A stretch of 64,000 nucleotides of DNA from a virus. Its lineage: Duplodnaviria > Caudoviricetes. The stretch spans positions 1 to 64,000 of IMG/VR virus record IMGVR_UViG_3300021399_000130; one strand, written 5' to 3'. The notes under the pieces are model-generated. The model was not told the DNA's origin and made no database searches. It saw only the letters and a program-made list of their open reading frames with translations. A program made the position numbers and the translations under genes. Below are positions 36,765-45,874 of this stretch, piece after piece; position 1 is the first letter of the stretch, and each line of letters starts with the position of its first letter.

Positions 36765-39098
36765 TTAAACGTTATCTTGTATGGTCCAGTTTGTGGGAAT
36801 ACCATTTACACCAGTTGTCCAAGATGACATATTTGGGTTTTTAACGAATGTACCTGAAGAAGAAACATTACTTACCCAATAATTTGTACAATAACTTGCA
36901 GAAATATCCGTTGCAAGACATTTAATGTAATTTAAACTTGTACAGCCATAGAACATACCACTATAGCAACTACTTGCCAATGTAGTAGCAGGTAATTCTG
37001 GTGCGGTTGTTAAACTTGTACAATTCCAGAACATATTACCATAACAACTATTTGCTAATGTAGTAGCAGGTAATTCTGGTGCTTTGGTTAAACTTGAACA
37101 ACCATCGAACATATTATTATAACAATAATTTGTCAATGTAGTAGCAGGAAGTGCTGGCGCTGTTGTTAAACTTGTACAATTCCAGAACATTTGATAATAA
37201 CAATAACTCGCCAATGTAGTAGCAGGAAGTACCGAAGGTGTCGTTGTTAAACTTGTGCAACCATAGAACATATTACTATAACACTGATATACCAATGTAG
37301 TAGCAGGAAGTACAAGATTTTCAGCGGAAGTTAAACCAGCACATTGATAGAATAAACGATAAAAAGTATAATTTGATGCTAAAGTGGCTGCGGTAGCAAA
37401 GTTAGTACTATCTATAAGTGACATTGTGTTGCCTTCAACTTCAAACCTCGCTGTTGTGCCACTGAAAGTATTATACATTGAAGTACCAGTAGCGTAAGTT
37501 GCATTATCACCTCTAAATTGTACAACATCACCAGCATTTACTGAAATAGTTGGTGCTGAAGTTCCTGTGTTTGAGGCAATACTGGTCCATCCTCCATCAT
37601 TTTTCTTATATTGAACGGATATCGTATATTTAGTGCTATATGCTTTCCAATAAATCGTACCGGAAGAGATAATGTTGAAGGTCAAAGGTGTTTCAATAAG
37701 ATATTTTTCATTCACTGTCAATGTTGCAACATTTGTACCGTCTGTGAATGTTACCGTTCCCGTTCTATTTGTGTTCTGCGTATTTGCAGTAATGGTGATG
37801 GTTGTGTCGCCTGTACCTCCGGTGTATTGTGAAAGACCGTACCAATCATCATTTGTTGTCGCTGTCCAACTATTAAATGATGACGTAATTGTGATAGTTT
37901 TAGCGCTGGTAATTTCGCTTAAGGTAATGTTAGAGCGAGAAAGCTTGAAACCATAATCTTTAATGGACCATTTAGAAGGGATACCACTTGGTCCGCTTAC
38001 CCAGTTTGCCATATTTGCATCTTTAACGAATGTACCGGTAGAAGAAACATTATTTACCCAATAATTTGTACAATTACTTGCAGAAATATCTGTTGCAAGG
38101 CATTTAATGTAATTTAAACTTGTACAGCCATAGAACATACTTCTATAACAACCACTTACCAATGTAGTAGCAGGAAGTTCAGGTGCTATAGTTAAACTTG
38201 TACAATTATAGAACATACCTTGATAACAAAAATCTGCCAATGTAGTAGCAGGAAGTTCTGGGGTCGTGGTTAAACTTCTACAAGTATCGAACATACTCTC
38301 ATAACAACTATGTGCCAATGTTGTTGCAGGAAGTACAAGATTTACAGCAGAAGTTAAACCAGTACATTGATAGAACAAATAGCTAAAAGTATAACTTGAT
38401 ACCAATATAGTTGCAGTAGCGAAGTTTTCACTATCTATAAGTGACATTATATTTCCTTCAACTTTAAACTTTGCCGTTGTGCCACTGAAAGTGCTGTATC
38501 TTGAACCGCCGGAATTATAAGTTGTATTGTTTCCCCTAAACTGAACAACATCGCCAGCACTTACAGAAATACTTGGTGCTGAAGTTCCGGTATTTGAAGT
38601 AATAGTTATCCATTCTCCATCATTTTTCTTATATTCGATAGAATTAGTATAAGCCGGATTGTTCGTTTTCCAATTAATTGTACCGGCAGAAATAATATTG
38701 AACGTAAGTGGTTTTTTATAGTCCGGAATAGATTTATAGAAAAAAGTATATTCTGTATTATCATTTATTATAAGCTCTTCGCTATTATTTAGTGCTGTGT
38801 ATCCACTAATGCCTTTAGCAATGATGGTTTCCTTAACACTCTTTCCAACATAAGCATCAACAGCATATACATCGTCCGGTGCCAACGTTTTATTTGACCT
38901 ACTTTTATAATGTACTGTTACAGTGTAACTTGTAAGGTTTTCACTGTCATTATTGGCAAATCTATAATATGCCTTTTCCTGGTCGTTAGTCCAAGCAACG
39001 CCATCAACGACTGATACGACCTTTGTTCCATCCCCACCAACGCTAGTCTGGTCGGCAATAAAGTTACTATCCAGCTTGTAATACAAAAGATACTTCAT
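36765..39098 (-). CDS. LRR adhesin D: N-terminal domain, MucBP-like domain, cassette (3 LRR), BACON domain, cassette (5 LRR)
   Basis: Late motif 39117-39125; BACON-like SWTATTNDDWYGLS...G...ITIT..N...RTGTVTF. Confidence 0.85.
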   Translation of the reverse strand: MKYLLYYKLDSNFIADQTSVGGDGTKVVSVVDGVAWTNDQEKAYYRFANNDSENLTSYTVTVHYKSRSNKTLAPDDVYAVDAYVGKSVKETIIAKGISGYTALNNSEELIINDNTEYTFFYKSIPDYKKPLTFNIISAGTINWKTNNPAYTNSIEYKKNDGEWITITSNTGTSAPSISVSAGDVVQFRGNNTTYNSGGSRYSTFSGTTAKFKVEGNIMSLIDSENFATATILVSSYTFSYLFYQCTGLTSAVNLVLPATTLAHSCYESMFDTCRSLTTTPELPATTLADFCYQGMFYNCTSLTIAPELPATTLVSGCYRSMFYGCTSLNYIKCLATDISASNCTNYWVNNVSSTGTFVKDANMANWVSGPSGIPSKWSIKDYGFKLSRSNITLSEITSAKTITITSSFNSWTATTNDDWYGLSQYTGGTGDTTITITANTQNTNRTGTVTFTDGTNVATLTVNEKYLIETPLTFNIISSGTIYWKAYSTKYTISVQYKKNDGGWTSIASNTGTSAPTISVNAGDVVQFRGDNATYATGTSMYNTFSGTTARFEVEGNTMSLIDSTNFATAATLASNYTFYRLFYQCAGLTSAENLVLPATTLVYQCYSNMFYGCTSLTTTPSVLPATTLASYCYYQMFWNCTSLTTAPALPATTLTNYCYNNMFDGCSSLTKAPELPATTLANSCYGNMFWNCTSLTTAPELPATTLASSCYSGMFYGCTSLNYIKCLATDISASYCTNYWVSNVSSSGTFVKNPNMSSWTTGVNGIPTNWTIQDNV

Positions 39099-39214
39099 TT
39101 CAAAACGATATTTTCTTATAAATAGTCATTGCCTCTCATAAATCGGTTTTGTTCTTCCAATACTTTTTTGTATATTAATAAAGCAGATAAACGTTTAATT
39201 TAACATAGAGGAAT

Positions 39215-39814
39215 ATGAAAAACATTACACTTACAGAGGAAAACTTTAACAAACAGTGGGTTGCATTCTGGGGAAATATGCAGTCCGTAAATCTTGCTGA
39301 ACACTGGAATGAGGAAGAACTTAAAGAACAGCTCAAGGTTGCACCCGGTGCCCTTTCGGTCGAAACCGGTCTGGCATATCCTGGGGCCCTCATTTGCCAC
39401 ATTAATCTCTTTACTTCCATCGCGGAACGCATCGCAAAGATGGTATGTGGAACATTCCCCCAGATTACGAAGGAACAGCTTATTAAGGTGTGTCTTATCC
39501 AGCACCTTTCCAAGATTGAAATGTATGAGCCCAACGATAATCAATGGGAAATCGACAAGAGGGGTATGGTCTATAAGTTTGCAGATACCGAAGGCTGCCT
39601 TAAGTTCGGTGAAAGGAGCGCACTTAATGCACTTAATCTTGGCGTAAAGCTGTCTCCGGTTGAATTCGAGGCTATCTGTTCGCTTGACAAGGACGGTGAG
39701 GAAGCAAAGAACCGCAAGTATGTAGTAAATATTCTTACAACAATCGTACGCCAGGCAAATGAACTTGCATATGCCATTGAGCGTGAGCGTTTTAACAAAT
39801 TGAATGAGGAATAA
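39215..39814 (+). CDS. Degenerate HD-domain (YhaM-like) protein
   Basis: GALICH...LIKVCLIQHLSK in place of LLHDLGK. Confidence 0.55.
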   Translation: MKNITLTEENFNKQWVAFWGNMQSVNLAEHWNEEELKEQLKVAPGALSVETGLAYPGALICHINLFTSIAERIAKMVCGTFPQITKEQLIKVCLIQHLSKIEMYEPNDNQWEIDKRGMVYKFADTEGCLKFGERSALNALNLGVKLSPVEFEAICSLDKDGEEAKNRKYVVNILTTIVRQANELAYAIERERFNKLNEE

Positions 39815-40955
39815 TATGCAGGATATCAAACTGAATTATGATGATATAACGGTCGTGCCCGAGGCGGTAACTGATATATGTAGCCGTTCCGAGTGCGACC
39901 CTTATGACGAATACGGTTACCTGCCGATTTTTGCCAGTTGTATGTCGTCGGTAGTTTCTTTGGAAAACGCCCGTAGTTTCAATGATGCAAGAATCCGAGC
40001 CGTCATACCCAGAAGTTACTCACTTGTAAAAAGGTTCTCTTATCTAACAGAAGCCCATACGCCAAATTTCGTCGCCTTTTCTTTAAGCGAGGCAAGCAAA
40101 TACTTCCACAAAGACTCTGGTATATGCCCTCCGTCAGCTATTGAAAAGGGCTGGCCATTGAAAATATGCATAGACCTTGCAAATGGGCATATGAAATGCT
40201 TGCTTGACCTCGTAAAAAGGATTAAGGAGGATTATGGCGACAAAATCATCATAATGACGGGAAATATTGCAAACCCCGAGGCATATAAATATTACGAAAA
40301 AGCCGGCTGTGACTTTGTCCGCGTATCTATAGGCACCGGAAACGTATGCTCCACAAGCTCAAACACTGCAGTACATTTTCCCGTATTTTCCCTTCTCAAA
40401 GAAGTGTATGAGGAAAAGAAAAAAATCGGCGGGAAATGCAAGATTATTGCCGATGGCGGTATTCACGGGTTCAGGGATATACAGAAAGCCCTCATATATG
40501 CCGATTATGTTATGATTGGGAGCCTTTTTAATAAAGCAATAGAAAGTGCCGGAAAGACAACCTATGGCACATTTTATTGGAACGTCCGTGGCAAGAAGAT
40601 TGCAAGACCGCTCAAGACCCTGTTTTATTTCGGTCGCGAAGTGCCGAAGGAAAAGTACGGAGAAGTGATGTCCCTAATCAAGCAAGGAAAACTCACGGTA
40701 TGGAAAGAATTGTACGGTATGAGTTCGAAAATCGCACAAAATATTATAAATCAAGCAAATAGCATTGAAACAAAGAAACTTAAGACCTCAGAGGGGTTGC
40801 TGAAATACCAGAAAGTTGAATACGATATTGAAGGGTGGGCAGAGAATGAGACAGATTATCTTCGTTCGGCTATGAGTTATACGAATTCCAGATATCTTGA
40901 TGAGTACAAGGAAAGCCGGTGGGTGCAGATATCAAAAATCGTTTATAATAACTGA
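39804..40955 (+). CDS. GMP reductase / IMP dehydrogenase-family enzyme
   Basis: LNYDDITVVP, IDLANGH, MTGNIA, RVSIGTGNVCST (catalytic Cys), IIADGGI, YGMSS, SEG, LRSAMSY. Confidence 0.85.
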   Translation: MRNNMQDIKLNYDDITVVPEAVTDICSRSECDPYDEYGYLPIFASCMSSVVSLENARSFNDARIRAVIPRSYSLVKRFSYLTEAHTPNFVAFSLSEASKYFHKDSGICPPSAIEKGWPLKICIDLANGHMKCLLDLVKRIKEDYGDKIIIMTGNIANPEAYKYYEKAGCDFVRVSIGTGNVCSTSSNTAVHFPVFSLLKEVYEEKKKIGGKCKIIADGGIHGFRDIQKALIYADYVMIGSLFNKAIESAGKTTYGTFYWNVRGKKIARPLKTLFYFGREVPKEKYGEVMSLIKQGKLTVWKELYGMSSKIAQNIINQANSIETKKLKTSEGLLKYQKVEYDIEGWAENETDYLRSAMSYTNSRYLDEYKESRWVQISKIVYNN

Positions 40956-40959
40956 TATT

Positions 40960-41325
40960 ATGAAACAGATAGGAACAGATTTCCATGGATGGCCGATATG
41001 TGCAATGAACCTGGGGGAAATATTGAAACGTCTCGGGTTTGTTGAAGATGATAAGACGATATCATTAGAAAAGAACGAAAAGACTGAAAAACTGTTGGAG
41101 AGTTATCCCTGTCTTTTGATTGATGACGGAATGGGTTATGGGGTAAATCCGGAATACGTAACAGAGGTAGATACGGAGATATATGACCAGAAAATTAAGA
41201 CAATTGAGGAAAAGGTCGTTTCATTGCCCCCGTTTCCGCAAGTTGATACGATAATAAACGAAGAAGAAATATCGGTTTTCAATATTTTCAGGGACGTTCC
41301 AGAAAATGATGTAGAAGACGAATAA
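40960..41325 (+). CDS. Hypothetical protein
   Basis: MKQIG start; terminator 41324-41350. Confidence 0.6.
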   Translation: MKQIGTDFHGWPICAMNLGEILKRLGFVEDDKTISLEKNEKTEKLLESYPCLLIDDGMGYGVNPEYVTEVDTEIYDQKIKTIEEKVVSLPPFPQVDTIINEEEISVFNIFRDVPENDVEDE

Positions 41326-41354
41326 AGGTCACACTAGTGTGACCTTTTTCTGTT

Positions 41355-41948
41355 TTAATATCTTTTAATCAATTCTTCGTACTTGGCATCCCTCTCGTCC
41401 AGCCACATCTTCAACCACCTGGTTAGTCTCCTTCTCGAGTTAGGGCGTGTTTGTACTTCTTCCTTTTTCTTTTCCAACAGTTTTGTCCAAACACCATCTT
41501 CGTCTTGGTAGTGGCGACCGAGGTTTCCAAAAACATCATCCTGGAAACGAACTTTCCCGGCCAGTTTTTCTTTTCTACCAATGAGTTTAGGGGTGGTTGC
41601 TGGTCTTCCGTATTTCTTTTCAATACGTTCATCATATTCCATATCCGCTAAACTAGTCTCTCTACTGGTTTTCTTTGACTTTTGTGTTCCTGCGTCACCC
41701 TGGAAAAATCTACTTACGGTACCGGTGATGGTGTCTTTTCCCATTGCAATGTCGCTGGTCTTCTTTACAATATCTTGCCCAACGAGGCTAGGTGCGATAA
41801 GACCTTTTGCACCGAGTTTTGCCGTATTCCACGCTGCGTTCTTAATACCTTGCCAAAAACCTTCATTGATTACATTAGAAACCTCTTCCATCACTATTTT
41901 ATTAATGATGGAGTGGAGTTCGCTTTCTTTTAAGATGTATTTTGTCAT
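41355..41948 (-). CDS. Putative internal head/ejected protein with ILKESEL leader
   Basis: Late operon; leader followed by amphipathic helices. Confidence 0.6.
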   Translation of the reverse strand: MTKYILKESELHSIINKIVMEEVSNVINEGFWQGIKNAAWNTAKLGAKGLIAPSLVGQDIVKKTSDIAMGKDTITGTVSRFFQGDAGTQKSKKTSRETSLADMEYDERIEKKYGRPATTPKLIGRKEKLAGKVRFQDDVFGNLGRHYQDEDGVWTKLLEKKKEEVQTRPNSRRRLTRWLKMWLDERDAKYEELIKRY

Positions 41949-41950
41949 AA

Positions 41951-42397
41951 TTATTTTCTGGCTCCAAGACCGAGGAATCCCCCGTTATCTACCCCAATAG
42001 GGTCCCATTTCTTATCTACGAGTTGTCCAAGTCCATAGCCACCCATAGTAGAAGCTGCCTTAACTATGATTGAACCAATAGGTCCTTTAGGCTCGATACC
42101 AATCTTTGCAAGAAGCTTCTCCAACACTGGTGCTAAAAAATGTCCAAGGATGGCACCCACAATACCTTCAGCACTTATCCCCTGGCGTCCCTGTTGTTGT
42201 TTGTTGCTCTGGCCGCCAATTCCAAGTAAATTATTGAGCCAATCCATAACTCCTTCGTCCATCATACTTTCTTCCAGGGCTTCGTTTATGCTTTCTTTTA
42301 AAAGGCTGTTTTCCCTATTTTCGTTCATAAGAGCCTTCCTAACCTCAGATTCTATATATTCACGCATCTGTGCTTCATTTAAAACTTTCTGTGCCAT
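41951..42397 (-). CDS. Putative internal head/ejected protein, Gly-rich hydrophobic helices
   Basis: Late motif 42417-42426; VLNE/LKE/INE leader. Confidence 0.6.
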   Translation of the reverse strand: MAQKVLNEAQMREYIESEVRKALMNENRENSLLKESINEALEESMMDEGVMDWLNNLLGIGGQSNKQQQGRQGISAEGIVGAILGHFLAPVLEKLLAKIGIEPKGPIGSIIVKAASTMGGYGLGQLVDKKWDPIGVDNGGFLGLGARK

Positions 42398-42494
42398 TTC
42401 TTTAAACTAGTTTTCATATAAATATCTTATAAAACACAAAATTTGACTTTTATGCACTTATGGATTACTTTTTAATAAGAAAGTATAAACGATT

Positions 42495-42743
42495 ATGGAA
42501 ATAAAAAACATGAATTTTATGGAACTTGTTGCTGCAGAACAAGCCTCAAATGCCGTACGTAAAAATTATGAAGACAAGGTGGCAATGAACAGATATAATT
42601 TTAATACCACGGAAACAGTTCGAGATATAGAAAACAGAGAGTTATCACAAAAGCTTTCAATGGTGAATGCGGTGAGGATTAAATTACTGGCCGAAATGGA
42701 AAATAAACTCTTAGCACTTGAAGATAATGAACAACTTTTTTAA
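42495..42743 (+). CDS. Hypothetical protein
   Basis: Promoter TTGACT-N17-TACTTT at 42443-42471. Confidence 0.6.
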   Translation: MEIKNMNFMELVAAEQASNAVRKNYEDKVAMNRYNFNTTETVRDIENRELSQKLSMVNAVRIKLLAEMENKLLALEDNEQLF

Positions 42744-43722
42744 AAAAATTAAACTAAATGTTACACTCTTTTTCCATGGACTGATGCAGGGATTAAGGAG
42801 TGCTGATTCTGCAATGCTGTCGCAAGTAAGCGGTGAAGACAGTGATGACCAGGAAATTTCTCACAAACTCGAGATAAACAACGTATATAGCGACCTTCTA
42901 CGGGAGCAAAAGACGCAAGAAGCCCTGGAACTTATCGACAAGTCTTACAGAGTAGCAAGGGAGGCTGATAAATATGAGGTTACGCTGCTCGGAGACCTTA
43001 GTGATGACTCAGTTGGTTCTGATAAGGAACTTTCTGCAATCGCTGTGAAAAAAGTGGCAATGAAATATGATAAACACCCGGAAGTTTTCAATGAGAGAGG
43101 TTATCATGTTACTCTTATACAAGATAATAAGATGATACAAAAGGGGTCAAATTTTAATATAACCGCTGCCGCCCTAATAGAGGCCATAAATACAAATGGC
43201 GGTGATTTTGAACCACTTTTAGACCTTCAATATGATGGATTTACCCCCCGCTTTACTCTTCAAAACTTTGTTAAAAAGATGGTCGTTAGGGAGACGAAAG
43301 CTGGAAAGACAAAATTAGACCTTTACATATCCGCAGAAGCCGGGCAATTTACGAAAACAGATGCAATACTAATAGCTGAACTCCACAGAATAAAGGATGC
43401 TAACCTTGAAAAAACAGATTTTTTAGACATTTCATCAGTCAGCTTCACAACAGATAAGGCATTTGGGGCGGACGATTACATTACTTACTTCTTTACAAAC
43501 TTAAAATTCAAAAAGATATCAATTTTTGATAATAATTTTGTCTTAACTTTTGATGCCGGCAAATTGCAGACCGTCGATATTGTTGAAAAGCATAAGACTG
43601 ACTCATTGACCAAAAAATACGAAGAACTTGCCCCCAAAAAGAATGAAATCTCCATTGAAGACTATGGGGCAATAGAAAGAAGGCAAGAAAAACTTAAACA
43701 AAGGGCGTTGAAAGACGAATAA
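42727..43722 (+). CDS. Hypothetical protein
   Basis: Long ORF in operon. Confidence 0.7.
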   Translation: MNNFFKKIKLNVTLFFHGLMQGLRSADSAMLSQVSGEDSDDQEISHKLEINNVYSDLLREQKTQEALELIDKSYRVAREADKYEVTLLGDLSDDSVGSDKELSAIAVKKVAMKYDKHPEVFNERGYHVTLIQDNKMIQKGSNFNITAAALIEAINTNGGDFEPLLDLQYDGFTPRFTLQNFVKKMVVRETKAGKTKLDLYISAEAGQFTKTDAILIAELHRIKDANLEKTDFLDISSVSFTTDKAFGADDYITYFFTNLKFKKISIFDNNFVLTFDAGKLQTVDIVEKHKTDSLTKKYEELAPKKNEISIEDYGAIERRQEKLKQRALKDE

Positions 43723-43775
43723 TGCTTGACAATGTTATGGCTGGCATTTATATTTTTAAAGAAATTAAAAAAGAA

Positions 43776-44378
43776 ATGAAAATTGCAATAGACCTTAATG
43801 ATGTTGTGAGGGATTTTACATATAACTTTCTAATGTATTATGTAAAGGGCTACAATCATCAGTTTGAACCGGAGGAATTCAATGAAACAACAAACGATAT
43901 GGAACTCGCACTGCCTTTTAAAACAACCAGGGCGTACGAAAAGTTTGTTTATGAGGATTACCCGTTCGAATTATTTGGAAAATGCCCGACCTGCACAAAA
44001 AAACTGACTGAACAATTAAACGAATGGACGGAACAAACTCTGAAAGAGATTGATACGGACGAGCCCATAGAAGCTATGTTTGTTTCAACAATGGAATACG
44101 GGGCGTCAATTGGGAATACATACTTCTTCCTTTCTAAACTCGGTACAAAAATTAGAGAAGCGTATTTACCAGCCGATTCAAGCACCATCTGGGATAAGTG
44201 TGACGTACTGATAACAGCAAACCCTTCACTACTTAATTCTAAACCAGAAGGTAAAATTACGATTAAAGTTAATAAGGAGTATAATAAGGAATGCCCGGCT
44301 GATTTTTCCTATGAAACGCTTAGCATGTTCCTTACTGACGAGAATATAATTGAAAAACTACTTGAAAATGTTAAATAA
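43776..44378 (+). CDS. HAD-superfamily 5'(3')-deoxyribonucleotidase-like protein (degenerate motif I)
   Basis: MKIAIDLNDVVRDF (DxD changed to DxN); CDVLITANP. Confidence 0.65.
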   Translation: MKIAIDLNDVVRDFTYNFLMYYVKGYNHQFEPEEFNETTNDMELALPFKTTRAYEKFVYEDYPFELFGKCPTCTKKLTEQLNEWTEQTLKEIDTDEPIEAMFVSTMEYGASIGNTYFFLSKLGTKIREAYLPADSSTIWDKCDVLITANPSLLNSKPEGKITIKVNKEYNKECPADFSYETLSMFLTDENIIEKLLENVK

Positions 44379-44730
44379 CAAATACGCACTAACCTTTGAC
44401 GGAAAATATTACAAGCTCAACATTGCACGAATCAACAAGTTTTGTCTGGTATCTAGCGGTAAGAATAGCAGTGAAGGTGAAATTACCGAGGCCTACGAGT
44501 ATGATGAAAATGGTGAATTCCGCTTAACCTCAAAGATAAACAGGGAAATCACTTCAACAGGGAACAGCCAGGAAGATATGATTGTCTATGATTTTGTAAA
44601 GAGCCTGGTTGCAAAAATACTCGACAGCAATGTAGATACTATAGATACAGAAAAACAAGTTGATTTCGGCTTCGCTATGGCTTTTAATACGTTGCTTGCC
44701 GAAGGAATGATTGAAGAAATAACAGAATAA
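44368..44730 (+). CDS. Hypothetical protein
   Basis: ORF in operon. Confidence 0.65.
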   Translation: MLNNKYALTFDGKYYKLNIARINKFCLVSSGKNSSEGEITEAYEYDENGEFRLTSKINREITSTGNSQEDMIVYDFVKSLVAKILDSNVDTIDTEKQVDFGFAMAFNTLLAEGMIEEITE

Positions 44731-44742
44731 CAATAATATACA

Positions 44743-45873
44743 ATGGCAGAATTGAATAAAGAAGAAATGATAAGAGTAGTTGAAGAAAACATTAAGAAAT
44801 CGGAAAACAAGTCCTTCAACGTATTCTTTTTCGTAATTGACACAAAGGGAAATCCGTCAGGCTCCCTTGAATATATTTATCGCACAGCCCTGACATTAAA
44901 GAAACTCGGCTATAACGTGGCTATGCTGCACCAGGAAGAGGAATTTGTCGGTGTTGGAGACTGGCTCGGAGAAGAAGCCGCCAATCTCCCTCATCATAAT
45001 ATCGAAAAGGAAAATGTGGAAATTTCTGCCAGCGATTTTCTTTTCATTCCAGAAATCCTGTCGTCAGTAATGTCCCAGACTAAGACGCTCCCATGCAAGA
45101 GGGTTATCATAATGCAGAACCATAACTTCTTCGCCGACTTTATGCCCGTAGGAGTTACTCCGTTTGACGTAAATATTAACGAGATGGTAGTAACGACAAA
45201 CGCCCTTAAAGACATTGTTGATGAATATTTCCCTGGTATTAAGACACATATTGTACGTCCTATGATTGACCCGGTTTTCCGCAACAATGACACACCAAAG
45301 AAGCTCATCATCAATGTAGTTTCAAGGAACCAGGACGATATCAGCAGGATTGTTAAACCTTTCTATTGGAAATACCCTGTTTATAAGTGGGTTTCATTCC
45401 GTGACCTTCGTGGCGTTACTCAGGAAGTCTTTGCTGATGCACTCAGGGAAGGGGCAATTACGATTTGGATGGATGAGATAAGCGATTTCGGGTATTCAGC
45501 ACTTGAGGCCGCAAAGTCAGGCTCTATCGTAATAGCAAAGGTCCCCGCAACCCCTACAGACTGGACATATGTACATGAGGTGACCGAAGGCGGAGAAAGT
45601 AATGGTCTTAATCCAGCATTTATCTGGTTTGATGATATACGCCGTGTTCCGGATATGGTTGCCAGTGTCGTTAGAACTTGGACACTTGATAGGGTACCGC
45701 AGGAGCTTTACGATAATCTTGCAAAGGCCGCTGACGACTACACATATGACGCACACAGGAAAGACGTGGAGAAGGAATATGTTACGGGCCTATTTGCCAA
45801 GCGTCTCTCCGATTTCAAGGAGGTTCTTGCCCAGATTAAGAATAATAAATTGACACCTAATGATTTAAAGTAA
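44743..45873 (+). CDS. GT-B (GT4-like) glycosyltransferase-like protein
   Basis: DFLFIPE, IIMQN, ITIWMDEISDFGYSALEAAKSG. Confidence 0.7.
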   Translation: MAELNKEEMIRVVEENIKKSENKSFNVFFFVIDTKGNPSGSLEYIYRTALTLKKLGYNVAMLHQEEEFVGVGDWLGEEAANLPHHNIEKENVEISASDFLFIPEILSSVMSQTKTLPCKRVIIMQNHNFFADFMPVGVTPFDVNINEMVVTTNALKDIVDEYFPGIKTHIVRPMIDPVFRNNDTPKKLIINVVSRNQDDISRIVKPFYWKYPVYKWVSFRDLRGVTQEVFADALREGAITIWMDEISDFGYSALEAAKSGSIVIAKVPATPTDWTYVHEVTEGGESNGLNPAFIWFDDIRRVPDMVASVVRTWTLDRVPQELYDNLAKAADDYTYDAHRKDVEKEYVTGLFAKRLSDFKEVLAQIKNNKLTPNDLK

Positions 45874-45874
45874 T

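Noticed and set aside
25467-38140. TTGTACAA palindrome at many repeat junctions as a recombinase site
   Set aside because: Explained by xxT-TGT-ACA-AGT (Cys-Thr-Ser) codons, and absent from several repeats
25480-38360. Constant blocks alternating with variable blocks, superficially CRISPR-like
   Set aside because: The period is exactly 78 nt and in frame within long ORFs, it encodes a 26-aa LRR, and there are no cas genes or leader
25277-39098. Diversity-generating retroelement as the source of LRR variation (many variable codons are NNT, as from AAT)
   Set aside because: No reverse transcriptase or non-coding template repeat in the window, and scaffold codons are A-rich yet invariant. A DGR elsewhere in the genome is not excluded; a whole-genome RT/TR search would settle it
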